Source of the DNA: Octopus bimaculoides
Lineage: Eukaryota
Reading direction: 5' to 3'
DNA: 59,593 nucleotides
Assembly (NCBI RefSeq): GCF_001194135.2
Contig: NC_069008.1
Location: 13,080,158 to 13,139,750, forward strand
A program made the translations under genes and the position numbers. This document shows positions 1 through 11,459 of the stretch, in pieces. Position 1 is the stretch's first letter; each line of letters begins with the position of its first letter. The notes under the pieces are model-generated. The model made no database searches and was not told the DNA's origin. It saw nothing but the letters and a program-made list of their open reading frames with translations.

Positions 1-1000
1 TACCTACCGGCTGACCGTTGTCCCGATTCATGGCTGAACAGGTTGGAACGCATGCTCTTCCGCTTTTTGTGGAGCGGCAGTGGACGTCTTGTAAGGTGCT
101 CTATCTGCTGCTAAAAACCGCTGAAGGGTGGGCTGGGGATGCCATGGCTAAAAATGTGCAGACATGTGCTGAGGCTTAGGCACCTCTGGCTTTACCTGGA
201 TGGTGAACAGGTGTGGTCTCCGTTCGTCAAGCTGTTATTTCCACAGTTCACATCGTTTACTGAACTGGACCCATGGATCAAGCATAGACCGAGGTTGGGC
301 GCGTGGCATGCAGAGTGTTGTCAGGCACTCGTGCTATTCTCCCAGTACGGCAACGCCGGTGGCAAGAGTACTATCTTGTCTTTCTATAGAAGGTTAGTAG
401 AGTTCAGGTGTTACAACGTCCTGGGAGAAACCCTGGGCTTCAATGAAGGTCAACTAGCCAGCCTATTCTGAAGAACATTTGGGCCAGGGCCTATGGATAA
501 TTACCAGAGGTCCCTGGCGTAGCAATATTACAGAGGTGCTTTACCGGTTCGAGATAAGCTCTTTAGACATGGGCGTGCACCTTCGCTGGCTTGTCCAAGA
601 TGCGGGCACAACAGTGAGACTGTTCTGCACACGATTGTGCAATGCCCAAAGGTGTCGGAACCCTAGACTTATGTCAAACACCTGCTGTCGCATTCGAGAA
701 GAGTACAACTGTCGAGTGAATCTGTAATTAAGATCGTTCTGCCGCCCTCCCTGAATAGGGAGGAGCGGGCTTGTTTTTTCTCGGTAGTTGCTGTTGCGAA
801 GGAGGTGTAGTGTAGAGTGAAAGGAATTGCGACAGGCATTTTCTTCTCCAGCCTCGGGTTAATTGACTTTCTCGTTTTCCACATGAAACGGAAAATAAGG
901 CTGGAGAAGAAATGCCTGTTGCAAAGTGTGTTTCATAAAAGACGGAAGTCTGTTGCAAGTAAGTTGAGAATGAAAGAACCTGTTTCAGCAAGAACAGGAA
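1..1000 (+). mobile_element. Degenerate L1/Tx1-clade LINE ORF2 C-terminus (post-RT region plus zf-RVT-like Cys motif)
   Basis: Frame +1 reads LERMLFRFLWSG...*KPLKGGLGMPWL and ALPVRDKLFRHG...CPRCGHNSETVLHTIVQCP...FHMKRKIRLE, with in-frame stops at 112, 469, 520, 664 and 808. These motifs are typical of the L1/Tx1 ORF2 tail. Confidence 0.8.
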
Positions 1001-1834
1001 AAGAAAAAAAGACAAAGTCTNNNNNNNNNNNNNNNNNNNNNNNNNNNNNNNNNNNNNNNNNNNNNNNNNNNNNNNNNNNNNNNNNNNNNNNNNNNNNNNN
1101 NNNNNNNNNNNNNNNNNNNNNNNNNNNNNNNNNNNNNNNNNNNNNNNNNNNNNNNNNNNNNNNNNNNNNNNNNNNNNNNNNNNNNNNNNNNNNNNNNNNN
1201 NNNNNNNNNNNNNNNNNNNNNNNNNNNNNNNNNNNNNNNNNNNNNNNNNNNNNNNNNNNNNNNNNNNNNNNNNNNNNNNNNNNNNNNNNNNNNNNNNNNN
1301 NNNNNNNNNNNNNNNNNNNNNNNNNNNNNNNNNNNNNNNNNNNNNNNNNNNNNNNNNNNNNNNNNNNNNNNNNNNNNNNNNNNNNNNNNNNNNNNNNNNN
1401 NNNNNNNNNNNNNNNNNNNNNNNNNNNNNNNNNNNNNNNNNNNNNNNNNNNNNNNNNNNNNNNNNNNNNNNNNNNNNNNNNNNNNNNNNNNNNNNNNNNN
1501 NNNNNNNNNNNNNNNNNNNNNNNNNNNNNNNNNNNNNNNNNNNNNNNNNNNNNNNNNNNNNNNNNNNNNNNNNNNNNNNNNNNNNNNNNNNNNNNNNNNN
1601 NNNNNNNNNNNNNNNNNNNNNNNNNNNNNNNNNNNNNNNNNNNNNNNNNNNNNNNNNNNNNNNNNNNNNNNNNNNNNNNNNNNNNNNNNNNNNNNNNNNN
1701 NNNNNNNNNNNNNNNNNNNNNNNNNNNNNNNNNNNNNNNNNNNNNNNNNNNNNNNNNNNNNNNNNNNNNNNNNNNNNNNNNNNNNNNNNNNNNNNNNNNN
1801 NNNNNNNNNNNNNNNNNNNNNNNNNNNNNNNNAT

Positions 1835-3742
1835 AGTGATATCCATAAAAAGCCATTTGCTCGAGAAGATAACCTCAACATTCATGATGGAGAGAGAGCA
1901 TATCACTGTGAAATCTGTGGTAAATCATTCTCTCAAAATGACCACTTAACTGTACACAAACGCATTCATACAGGAGAGAGGCCATATCATTGTGATTTTT
2001 GTGGTAAATCATTCTCTCGAAATGAAGGCTTAACTGCACATAAGCGTATTCATACAGGAAAGAGACCATATCAGTGTGTTATCTGTGGTCAGTCATTCTC
2101 TGAAGCAAGTATCTTAACTAAACACAAACACATTCATACAGGAGAGAGGCCATATCAGTGTGACATCTGTAGTAAGTCATTCTCTCGATCTGATCACTTA
2201 ACTCAACATAAACACGTTCACACTGGAGAAAAACCTTATCGTTGTGATATCTGTGATAAATTATTCTCCCGAAAGGATTACTTAAACAAACACAAATACA
2301 TTCATACGAGAAAGATATCATATCAGTGTGATACCTGTGGTAAATCATTCTCTCAGAATGACCACTTAACTGTACACAAACGCAGTCATACAGGAGAGAG
2401 ACCATATCAGTGTGATATCTGTGACATATCTTTCCCTGAAAGTCATGTCTTCATGAAACACGAGCATATTCACACAGGAAATAAGATATATCACTGTAAT
2501 ACCTGTGGTAAATCATTCTCTCAAAATGAGGATTTGACTGCGCATAAGCACATTCATACTAAGGAGAAACGTCATCAGTGTGTTGTCTGTGGTCATTCAT
2601 TTTGTGATACAAGTTCATTAACTAGACACATACGTACTCACACTGGAGAGAAGCCATTTCGTTGTGTTATCTGTGGTCAGTCATTCTCTGAAGGAAGCAG
2701 TCTGACTAAACACAAACGTATTCATACAGGAGAGAAACCTTATGAGTGTGATATCTGTGATAAATCATTTTCTCGATCTAATCACTTAACTAGACATAAA
2801 CTTATTCATACAAGGAAGAAACAATATCACTGTAATATCTGTGGTAAATCATTCTCTAAAAATCTTTTCTCCAATAAACACAAATGCGTTCATGCAAGCA
2901 AGAAGTCCTATCACTGTGATATCTGTGATAAACCATTCTCTGAATATCATGTCTTCGTGAAACATAAGCATGTTCATGCAGGGAATAAAATATATCATTG
3001 TGAAACCTGTGGTAAGTCATTCTCACAAAATGATGATTTAACTGCACACAAGTGCATTCATACTAAGGAGAGAGCTTATCAGTGTATTATATGTGGTCAG
3101 TTACTCTCTACCCAAAACACCTTAACTCAACACAAATGTTTTCACACTGGAGGGAAGCCATTACGTTGTGATATCTGTGGTCAAACATTCTCCGAAGTAA
3201 GGACATTAACAAGACACAAACATATTCATACAGGAGATAAAGCTTATCATTGTGAAATCTGTGGTAAATCATTCTCTCGATCTGATCACTTAACTAAGCA
3301 TAAACACATTCATACAGGAGAGAAATCCTGCCTCTGTGAAATTTGTGGTAAGCCATTCTCTCAAAAGGACCGCTTAACTGCACATAAGCGTATTCATACA
3401 GGAGAGAGACCATATCAGTGTGTTATCTGTGGTCAGTCATTCTCTGAAGGAAGTACCTTAACTAAACACAAACGTATTCACACTGGAGAGAAACCTTATC
3501 ATTGTGATATCTGTGGTACGTCATTCTCTCGATCTGATCACTTGACAAAACATAAACACATTCATACAGGAGAGAAACCTTATGAATGTGATTTCTGTGG
3601 CAAATCATTCTCTCGAAATGATCACTTAAGTGCACACAAATACATTCATACAAGGGAGAAGCCATATCATTGTGATATCTGTGATAAATCATTCAATGAA
3701 AATGAGGTCTTAATGAAACACAAACGTACTCATATAGAGTAG
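1835..3742 (+). CDS. ZNF-1: tandem C2H2 zinc-finger protein, 22 fingers visible, 5' end lost in the N gap
   Basis: Frame +2 is open from the gap edge (1835) to TAG at 3740-3742, extending the listed ORF 2453-3742 upstream by 7 fingers. Repeating CxxC-x12-HxxxH with TGEKP-type linkers. Confidence 0.9.
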   Translation, partial: SDIHKKPFAREDNLNIHDGERAYHCEICGKSFSQNDHLTVHKRIHTGERPYHCDFCGKSFSRNEGLTAHKRIHTGKRPYQCVICGQSFSEASILTKHKHIHTGERPYQCDICSKSFSRSDHLTQHKHVHTGEKPYRCDICDKLFSRKDYLNKHKYIHTRKISYQCDTCGKSFSQNDHLTVHKRSHTGERPYQCDICDISFPESHVFMKHEHIHTGNKIYHCNTCGKSFSQNEDLTAHKHIHTKEKRHQCVVCGHSFCDTSSLTRHIRTHTGEKPFRCVICGQSFSEGSSLTKHKRIHTGEKPYECDICDKSFSRSNHLTRHKLIHTRKKQYHCNICGKSFSKNLFSNKHKCVHASKKSYHCDICDKPFSEYHVFVKHKHVHAGNKIYHCETCGKSFSQNDDLTAHKCIHTKERAYQCIICGQLLSTQNTLTQHKCFHTGGKPLRCDICGQTFSEVRTLTRHKHIHTGDKAYHCEICGKSFSRSDHLTKHKHIHTGEKSCLCEICGKPFSQKDRLTAHKRIHTGERPYQCVICGQSFSEGSTLTKHKRIHTGEKPYHCDICGTSFSRSDHLTKHKHIHTGEKPYECDFCGKSFSRNDHLSAHKYIHTREKPYHCDICDKSFNENEVLMKHKRTHIE

Positions 3743-4235
3743 AAGCCATATCACTGTGATATCAGAGGTAAAGCATTCTCTCAAAATCACCACTTTACTG
3801 CACACAAACATATTCATACAGGAGAGAGAGAGTATATCAATCTGTTATCTGTGGTCAGTCATTCTCTGAAAGAAGGAACTAAAGTAAACACGTTTTCATA
3901 CTGGAGAGAAGCCATTTCATTGTGATGTCTATGGTAAGTCATTCCCTAATGGAAATACCTGAACTAAGCACATATGCATTCATACAGCTGAGATACCATA
4001 ACATTGTGATAACTATGGTAAATCATTCACTCAAATGACTAATTAAACTAAACACAATGATATATAACAGAATCCATATCACTGATATTTTTGATAAATC
4101 ATTCTACTGAAATGAGGACAACTACACACAAATGCGTTAATACAGAAGAGAAGCCATATCATTGTCATATATTCCATTCATCCTCTCCAAAAAGACAGTT
4201 TACTACACATGTATGTATTCACAGAAAAGACCAAC
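3743..4235 (+). pseudogene. Six fossil C2H2 fingers downstream of the ZNF-1 stop
   Basis: KPYHCDIRGKAFSQNHHFTAHKHIH directly follows the TAG. Progressively decayed fingers with frameshifts and stops follow, ending in HVCIH. Confidence 0.85.
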
Positions 4236-4979
4236 TATATTGATATTATAAGCGTTTCAGTGAAAGAAATATTTTAGTAGCAATAAATGTATTCCCACAG
4301 CTAAGAAAATCTAACACTGTCTGTAACAACCTTACTAACAAAATGTTAATAAAAATAAATCTCCAATAGTTCATGTCTTGTTTTATGCTTAGAACGAGTA
4401 ATATTTTCCAGCCTGTTATATTTGAATATGGTAACATGGTTCCTCAGACAATTGTTCTCTTGCAGTTCTATGTTGTGCTAGATGTTCTGTTTTATTCTTC
4501 CAAAAGTCTCTGACAAAATTCATGGCATCTTTCAGCATCCACTTACTAATATCATTGCTTTTGTCTCCAATATAGTGTACATCTCATAATATGGTGTGAA
4601 TGCATTGCAGGTTGCCTTTGTGGAATTTGATGTTCCTTATACATAACAAATAGTTGAAACATCAAAAAGAGTTTCTTCAAAATGATTGTAAGAAAGTAAT
4701 CATTCAGCTATTTTCTGAAATGATGCACTAGAAAGAACTGAGCTTCCGGGTAATGTTGTAACATTAACCCTTTAATGTAATTCAGTTAATAAAATCAGTT
4801 TACATATTTCGTTTGCATTTTCTTTTTTTTTTATAATAGTCATTTTACTTGTAACTACACCTTTTCTGCTTTAAAACCCATAAAAAATTATTTCTGAGTG
4901 GCTTTTGGGGTATGGTTCAGATTAACTATATTGAGCTCGTTCATGGAATGAAGGAAACTCTTACTGCGAGGTATCACTC

Positions 4980-5024
4980 TGTGTGTGTGTGTAGAGAGAG
5001 AGAGAGAAAGCGAGCGAGAGAGAG
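4980..5024. repeat. (TG)n(AG)n compound microsatellite
   Basis: Direct reading. Confidence 0.85.
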
Positions 5025-5237
5025 GCTGATATGGTTATAATCTACACCATCTGAGAGATATTAGCAGAAAATTTGATTTTAAAACAAATTGAACATTTTT
5101 CTAAAAGTTATGAAGAAACAAAGTCAGTGGGTATAATTTTATACGTAAGCCATTAACATTAATACACCTGACCCGCCGCCACCACTAACATTACGACTAC
5201 CATCATCGCCACCACCAATGCACTTGACAGAAGAAAT

Positions 5238-5632
5238 TGTTGTTGTTGTTGTTGTTGGCACTCCGTCGCTTACGACGTCGAGGGTTCCAGTTGATCCGAT
5301 CAACGGAACAGCCTGCTCGTGAAATTAACGTGCAAGTGGCTGAGCACTCCACAGACACGTGTACCCTTAACGTAGTTCTCTGGGATATTCAGCGTGACAC
5401 AGTGTGACAAGGCTGACCCTTTGAATTACAGGCACAACAGAAACAGGAAGTAAGAGTGAGAGAAAGTTGTGGTGAAAGAGTAGAGCAGGGTTCGCCACCA
5501 TCCCCTGCCGGAGCCTCGTGGAGCTTTAGATGTTTTCGCTCAATAAACACTCACAACGCCCGGTCTGGGAATCGAAACCGTGATCCTATGACCGCGAGTC
5601 CGCTGCCCTAACCACTAGGCCATTGCGCCTCC
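5238..5632 (-). mobile_element. SINE-A, tRNA-derived SINE, full length with (CAA)n tail
   Basis: Reverse complement starts ggaggcgcaatggcctagtggttagggcagcggac (A box) with GGTTTCGATTCC (B box) and ends gagtgccaacaacaac. Matches copies at 11637, 30817, 43028 and 57796. Confidence 0.9.
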
Positions 5633-5758
5633 CGAAAGAAGAACTATAAGAATCCTAACGTAAACAATACTGACATTTAGCCAGATGGTAACCATGGTGA
5701 TTCATGTCACAACATCGTCTGTCGCTCTTTTGTTAATGTGAGAATGTTTGTGGGGAGT

Positions 5759-5920
5759 CCGGAAGTCACCACATATATTTCTTCCGGTTCTTTTGTGACA
5801 TTGAAATATATTTTGTGTCATTCTGCCAATATTATTAACACAAAATCAAAGTTGAAATATGCTTGATGCTGTTGGGGATATTTCACTATAAACACAGATT
5901 TGTGTAGCATAACAGGTAAG
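5759..5920 (+). promoter_or_regulatory. Putative promoter and non-coding 5' exon of ZNF-2 with splice donor CAG|GTAAG (5915/5916)
   Basis: ETS-like CCGGAAGT (5759) and CTTCCGGT (5781). The segment ttcactataaacacagatttgtgtagcataacaggtaag is homologous to 20953-20995 on the minus strand, upstream of ZNF-3. Confidence 0.6.
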
Positions 5921-5930
5921 AAATAATAAT

Positions 5931-6290
5931 TCAAAAATAATAATTAAAGGTAAAAATAGCAACAACGTAGACACTCCATATAGCAACCGAAATATGAACA
6001 AATGTCTTTCTCTTCGATACAGAATTCCTCCATATAAATTCGTGTAAATATGACATGATCAAATCATCCGACATTCCAAACTGACTTCCTAATTTTCTTT
6101 TAACACACATCCATTTTATCATATAAAGCGAAACAGGTAAACGTTTGTACATCCAATTTATCGCAGTACACATAAAATTAATGAGGCTTGCTCTTGACGA
6201 AAACTTAATACAAAGAATTTCAGGTGATATTCTTTAAAATGAAGCTACATGCCTTTTAGAGAGACAGGCTTTAATAACCATTTAACTCGA
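5931..6290 (-). mobile_element. Merlin/IS1595-like transposase C-terminal fragment
   Basis: Minus frame WMCVKRKLGSQFGMSDDLIMSYLHEFIWR fits the W-x3-K...G...SYLxEFxWR motif. A second copy lies at about 36590-36760. Confidence 0.6.
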
Positions 6291-6293
6291 TCT

Positions 6294-6319
<26 letters not shown>

Positions 6320-6324
<5 letters not shown>

Positions 6325-6600
6325 GTATTAGGGAAAAGAACCAAGGTTTATGAACTCATCGATGAAAATCCACTGTCGCATATAGAAAAAATTAATAATT
6401 AAAAGTACAATAAATAAGTATAATATAATACAAAGTAAATATCATAAGATCAAGTCATTTTATTATCTTGATCTTATGATATTTACTTTGTATTATATCA
6501 TACTTATTTATTGTACTTTTAATTATTAATTTTTATAAATGTGAAAGTGGATTTTCATGGATGAGTTCATGAACCTTGGTTCTTTTCCCTAAAACTATAT
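6320..6600. repeat. Near-perfect fold-back palindrome (MITE-like) abutting (TA)n
   Basis: Arms 6330-6454 and 6467-6590 (about 125 bp) are reverse complements with fewer than 10 differences; 12-nt loop. Confidence 0.9.
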
Positions 6601-6701
6601 ATTTATATATATTTTATACTGTGAAACTTAATTTAATTTTAATTTTTAATAAATTGATTTTAATTGAGTTTTTACCTGTAATTTTGGATTTTACCCCTAA
6701 T

Positions 6702-6733
<32 letters not shown>

Positions 6734-7853
6734 TATATATATCGAAGAGAAAGACATTTGTTCACTTTTTCTTTGTTATATCCAGTCTCTACGTTAACAG
6801 TAAGTTCACTTATTTATCTCCCCTTGTTATTTTCCCTTTAATTTTTTTTATTTATTTTTTAAAAATCTTNNNNNNNNNNNNNNNNNNNNNNNNNNNNNNN
6901 NNNNNNNNNNNNNNNNNNNNNNNNNNNNNNNNNNNNNNNNNNNNNNNNNNNNNNNNNNNNNNNNNNNNNNNNNNNNNNNNNNNNNNNNNNNNNNNNNNNN
7001 NNNNNNNNNNNNNNNNNNNNNNNNNNNNNNNNNNNNNNNNNNNNNNNNNNNNNNNNNNNNNNNNNNNNNNNNNNNNNNNNNNNNNNNNNNNNNNNNNNNN
7101 NNNNNNNNNNNNNNNNNNNNNNNNNNNNNNNNNNNNNNNNNNNNNNNNNNNNNNNNNNNNNNNNNNNNNNNNNNNNNNNNNNNNNNNNNNNNNNNNNNNN
7201 NNNNNNNNNNNNNNNNNNNNNNNNNNNNNNNNNNNNNNNNNNNNNNNNNNNNNNNNNNNNNNNNNNNNNNNNNNNNNNNNNNNNNNNNNNNNNNNNNNNN
7301 NNNNNNNNNNNNNNNNNNNNNNNNNNNNNNNGAATCATGATGTTCCGCATATATAGAAAAAAAAAATTTTATAAAAGATTTTTGGAAACTTTTTTTCAGA
7401 ACCATAATCTCCGTATTTTTCCGCATATTTTGAAAAAAAAAAAAATTTTTATGAAGGAAATGGGGGTGGGGGTGGTAATTTAGAAATGTCGATTTTTCTC
7501 AATTTTTTTTCGCAGATTCGTATTCCCCGTAGCCGAAAAGTGGAGTTTGTGTGGGGGAAATACAAAAACACACTGCAGACTGTGATAGTCAATAAAATAA
7601 ATGAAATTTAGAACTTTATTCTTTTTGTGCTTTTCTCTAAACTACGATCTATGACTGTATAGAAATATAAGTAATGAACATGTAATGATAGATTGATAAA
7701 CACTTCCATGTCTTCACTCTGAAAATATATTAAATATTTGTCTACATGGATATTCTTAATACAGACAAGTTGTCAATAAGATCTGTGTTCTCTCATCACA
7801 CAGAGATCTTTGTCATTCGTTAGGCCAACCCACAGCAAATTATATTTGTTGCA

Positions 7854-8069
7854 GGCCGTTGCCAATACTTCCTGACTGGCCTTCGTGCCGGTGGCACATA
7901 AAAGCACCCACTACACTCTCAGAGTGGTTGGCGTTAGGAAGGGCATCCAGCTGTAGAAACTCTGCCAAATCAGATTGGAGCCTGGTGTAGCCATCTGGTT
8001 TCACCAGTCCTCAGTCAAATCGTCCAACTCATGCCAGCATGGAAAGCGGACGTTAAACGATGATGATGA
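7854..8069 (+). mobile_element. RTE-LINE 3' tail (5'-truncated copy)
   Basis: ggcacataaaagcacccactacac...ggaagggcatccagctgtagaaac...cgttaaacgatgatgatg. The same tail lineage is linked to the RTE ORF remnant at 33976-34860. Confidence 0.8.
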
Positions 8070-8199
8070 CAAATGATAAAATGATGAAATCGTCTTTGAA
8101 GAAAAAAATAACTGAAATAGAACTTCCTACACAAATATTATTACGATCATTTGAATAAGCTTATTGATTTGTATTGTTATTTTAACTTGTGTCCCGAGA

Positions 8200-8375
8200 T
8201 TTGTTTCAGTCGACAGACTGCGGTGGTGCTACGTGTTACAGTCAACGAAATCGTCCCCAGTGCATTGGTTAACTCAGGGCTATATTAGGCACTTTTCCAA
8301 GGTGTCACGCTGTGGGACTTAACCTGAAAACATGTGGTTGTAAAACCTGCTTCTTAGCCACCCAGCCATGCCAGC
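8200..8375 (-). mobile_element. SINE-C remnant (internally deleted)
   Basis: Contains reverse-complement head (ggcatggctgggtggctaagaagc) and tail (gactgaaacaaat) motifs of SINE-C. Confidence 0.6.
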
Positions 8376-8395
8376 GTCTATTTTGCTTATCTGTA

Positions 8396-8927
8396 CAGTA
8401 ATTCCTCGTTATAAGAGTTAATTTGTTCTCGGAGACCACTGGTAAAGGAGAGCAATAATTTCCCACAGTAGCAATGTTATAAATCATAATTCATTGCCAG
8501 AAAAATATTTTACTTATAAAATTTATAATACTCGTTAAAAAATGGCAATGAAACAACTGTAGAATGTAAATAATATTTTATATAAAGTAAGAAGAATGTT
8601 AAAATCATTTATAAAAAAAAATATTGTTCTTATAATCATTTTCTGAATCACTTGCTTCCACACTAGACTTGGACACACAATCACTTGTTGATACGATCGC
8701 CAATTCACAAGCACTTGTAGCTGGACATGTAGATTTCTCTTTATAAAACAAGTTGTTTGCTTAGAAGAAGCTTTTTGTTGCTCTCTATAAATTTCTTGGT
8801 AATGTGCAGAAGCGTTTGTTATGGTCTTTTGCACTTTGTTCAAAATTTGGATCTTGTGCTTCAAAAATAAAAACTTGTAAAACCCTGTCTCTTGTAAAGT
8901 GGGCCCTCGTAAAGTGAGGTATTACTG
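8396..8927 (-). mobile_element. pogo/Tigger-like non-autonomous DNA transposon
   Basis: Imperfect TIRs TA|cagtaattcctcgttataag and the reverse complement cagtaatacctcactttacg. Internal minus frame NASAHYQEIYREQQKASSKQTT resembles the Tigger 3' coding remnant. Confidence 0.6.
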
Positions 8928-9000
8928 TGTAAAATTATCTAGTAAAATGTGCACAGTTGTATCACTCTATTTTAAGTATTTTTTGTATCTTATACTCTTA

Positions 9001-9013
9001 TTTATTATTTCAG
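9001..9013 (+). promoter_or_regulatory. Splice acceptor of the ZNF-2 coding exon
   Basis: tttattatttcag|att. A homologous acceptor precedes ZNF-3, ZNF-4 and ZNF-6. Confidence 0.65.
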
Positions 9014-9109
9014 ATTATCAGATGGCATTGGCATCCAAAAATTGTCAAGTACATCATCAACATTTATCGACTTTGTTTGCAACCAGTAAAAACAAAAGGA
9101 AGAAAAATT

Positions 9110-10294
9110 ATGGAAAATGAATCATGTGAGGACAAGATTAAATTTCAAGCAAAATCTAAAAGAATTGATTTTCCTTGTGATAGCAAGAAAGGAGAAAAAA
9201 CTTCATTCACTTGTGATATCCGTGGTAAATCATTACCTCAGAAATGCCATCTCACTACACATAAACGTACTCATAGAGGAGAGAAGTCATATCGTTGTTA
9301 TATCTGTGGTAAAACTTGTTCTGCAAGTAATCAGTTAACAACTCACATACGCACTCATACGGGAGAGAAACCATATCACTGTGACATCTGTGGAAAATCA
9401 TTCTCTCAAAGACATACCCTAACTATACACAAGCGTATTCATACAGGAGAGAAACCATATCACTGTGATATCTGTGGTAAATCATTCTCTTATGGACATC
9501 GCTTAACTATACACAAGCGTAATCATACTGGAGACAAACCATTCCACTGTGATATTTGTGGTAAATCATTCTTTGACAATAGTGATTTAACTAAACACAA
9601 ACGTATTCATACAGGCGAAAAACCATATTACTGTGGTATCTGTGGTAAATCATTCTCACAATGTAGCAATTTAACTTACCACAAACGTATGCACACAGGA
9701 GAGAAACCATATTATTGTGATGTCTGTGGTAAATCATTCTTTGAGGCTGGTTCCTTAACCAGACATAAGCGTATTCATACAGGAGAGAGACCATATAATT
9801 GTGATATTTGTGGTAAATCGTTCTCTGATAATAGTCACGTAACTAAACACAAACGCACTCACACAGGAGAGAAACCATATAATTGTGATAGCTGTGGTAA
9901 ATCATTCGCTGGATCTGGTTCCTTAACCAGACATAAACGTATCCATACAGGTGAGAGTCCATATTGGTGTGATATCTGTGGTAAATCATTCTCTGGAAGT
10001 CACGAATTAACATCACACAAACGCATTCATACAGGAGAGACACCATATCTCTGTGATATCTGTGGTAAATCTTTCAGTCACTTATATAGTTTAACAACAC
10101 ACAGACGTATCCATACAGGTGAGAAACCATATCACTGCGATATCTGTGGTAAGTCATTCTCTGGATCTTGTTCTTTAAAGAGGCATAAACGTATTCATAC
10201 AGGTGAGAAACCATATCACTGTGATATCTGTGGTAAATCATTTTCTTATAAAGGAAACCTAACTTCTCATATAGGTATTCATACACAACAGTAA
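9110..10294 (+). CDS. ZNF-2: C2H2 zinc-finger protein, 394 aa, 12 intact fingers plus 1 degenerate
   Basis: The likely start is ATG 9110 (MENESCEDK), homologous to the ZNF-3 start, rather than TTG/GTG 8957, which lies upstream of the acceptor. Finger 1 has CDIRG; the protein ends HIGIHTQQ*. Confidence 0.9.
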   Translation: MENESCEDKIKFQAKSKRIDFPCDSKKGEKTSFTCDIRGKSLPQKCHLTTHKRTHRGEKSYRCYICGKTCSASNQLTTHIRTHTGEKPYHCDICGKSFSQRHTLTIHKRIHTGEKPYHCDICGKSFSYGHRLTIHKRNHTGDKPFHCDICGKSFFDNSDLTKHKRIHTGEKPYYCGICGKSFSQCSNLTYHKRMHTGEKPYYCDVCGKSFFEAGSLTRHKRIHTGERPYNCDICGKSFSDNSHVTKHKRTHTGEKPYNCDSCGKSFAGSGSLTRHKRIHTGESPYWCDICGKSFSGSHELTSHKRIHTGETPYLCDICGKSFSHLYSLTTHRRIHTGEKPYHCDICGKSFSGSCSLKRHKRIHTGEKPYHCDICGKSFSYKGNLTSHIGIHTQQ

Positions 10295-11459
10295 CTATAT
10301 CGACGTCAACATTCAGATTGAATTAAATGCTGTGCAACAAACATACCACTTGATGTGTGTTGAAGACATTCTCTTCCTCTTCTTGCTGGTATATGTAGTA
10401 ATTTCATGAATACTGATACTTGACAATCTTCAGAAAATCTATTTATATAGCATTGAATGAAACAGAAGAAATAACCATCTGTGTGTCACTCAATGTAAAT
10501 ACATCTTGAGAAAGCAAATTAACTGAGATTATTCATCCACTGATTATATCTCGTNNNNNNNNNNNNNNNNNNNNNNNNNNNNNNNNNNNNNNNNNNNNNN
10601 NNNNNNNATAACAATTACAGACATCTCAAAAGTAAATAGTCCACTCTCCTCAACGCACTGTTTTATCTGTGACTGATTCTCCACATTAATCCAATGTCAA
10701 ACGGATTAAATCATTAAAAACTGCACAAGGCATGTCTATTGAATATTATTTAAATGCATCAAACATTTTATTTCATTTCTAGAAATGTATAATTTTTTTT
10801 TTCCTTTAAATGTGTCCATTTACTTTTGATATATTTGTGTATATCAGTAACAGACAAAAGCTATCATGCAATGGTAGTGAAAATGCTAGATGGATATTTC
10901 AGTCTCATTTGACTATGTCAGTAGCATAAACTCCCTGCCAACCACATGCTAAGACAAAATCCCTCGCTACTAAAACAGGAAAACCGGGATTAAACAATCA
11001 CTGGTGTGACAGTCTCCCATCTAGCTTAATGAAAATCCATGTGCTAGAGAAACACCTGTAAAGATTTTCTAATTTATGACCAAATGAAAAATAAATTTTG
11101 TGATTCCTGTTTTGTTCTGATCTGGAATATTTCTTTTACTTATCTATATCGTAATTCCTTCATGATTTGATGGTTAAGCTAAATGTTAATTATACAAGTG
11201 TCAATTTAACCCTAAATTCTTTGTAAATGTAATCATCATCATCATATATATATCATATTAAAGTGTCCAACTGATTAAAAAATTCTATTTATTTATTAAT
11301 GCAGCTGAGGATAGCCCTGCATTTAAATTGATGCAATAGTTGCATTGTTCAATTAAATGAAGCCACTTGAAATGGTCATACCGCATCATCTCTTGATATC
11401 CTGTTGCTTATTTTGATTTCATATATATATATGGGAGAATGTACGAAAAACTGTTGCCA

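Noticed and set aside
7331-7600. CpG-containing segments that look like DNA-transposon ends (also about 19430-19647, 21155-21440, 23900-24420, 40660-40940)
   Set aside because: No matching second terminus, TSD or coding motif could be established by eye, mostly because of adjacent gaps; left unannotated.
8957-9109. N-terminal extension of ZNF-2 given by the ORF track
   Set aside because: It crosses the conserved splice acceptor at 9013; the homologous start is ATG 9110.
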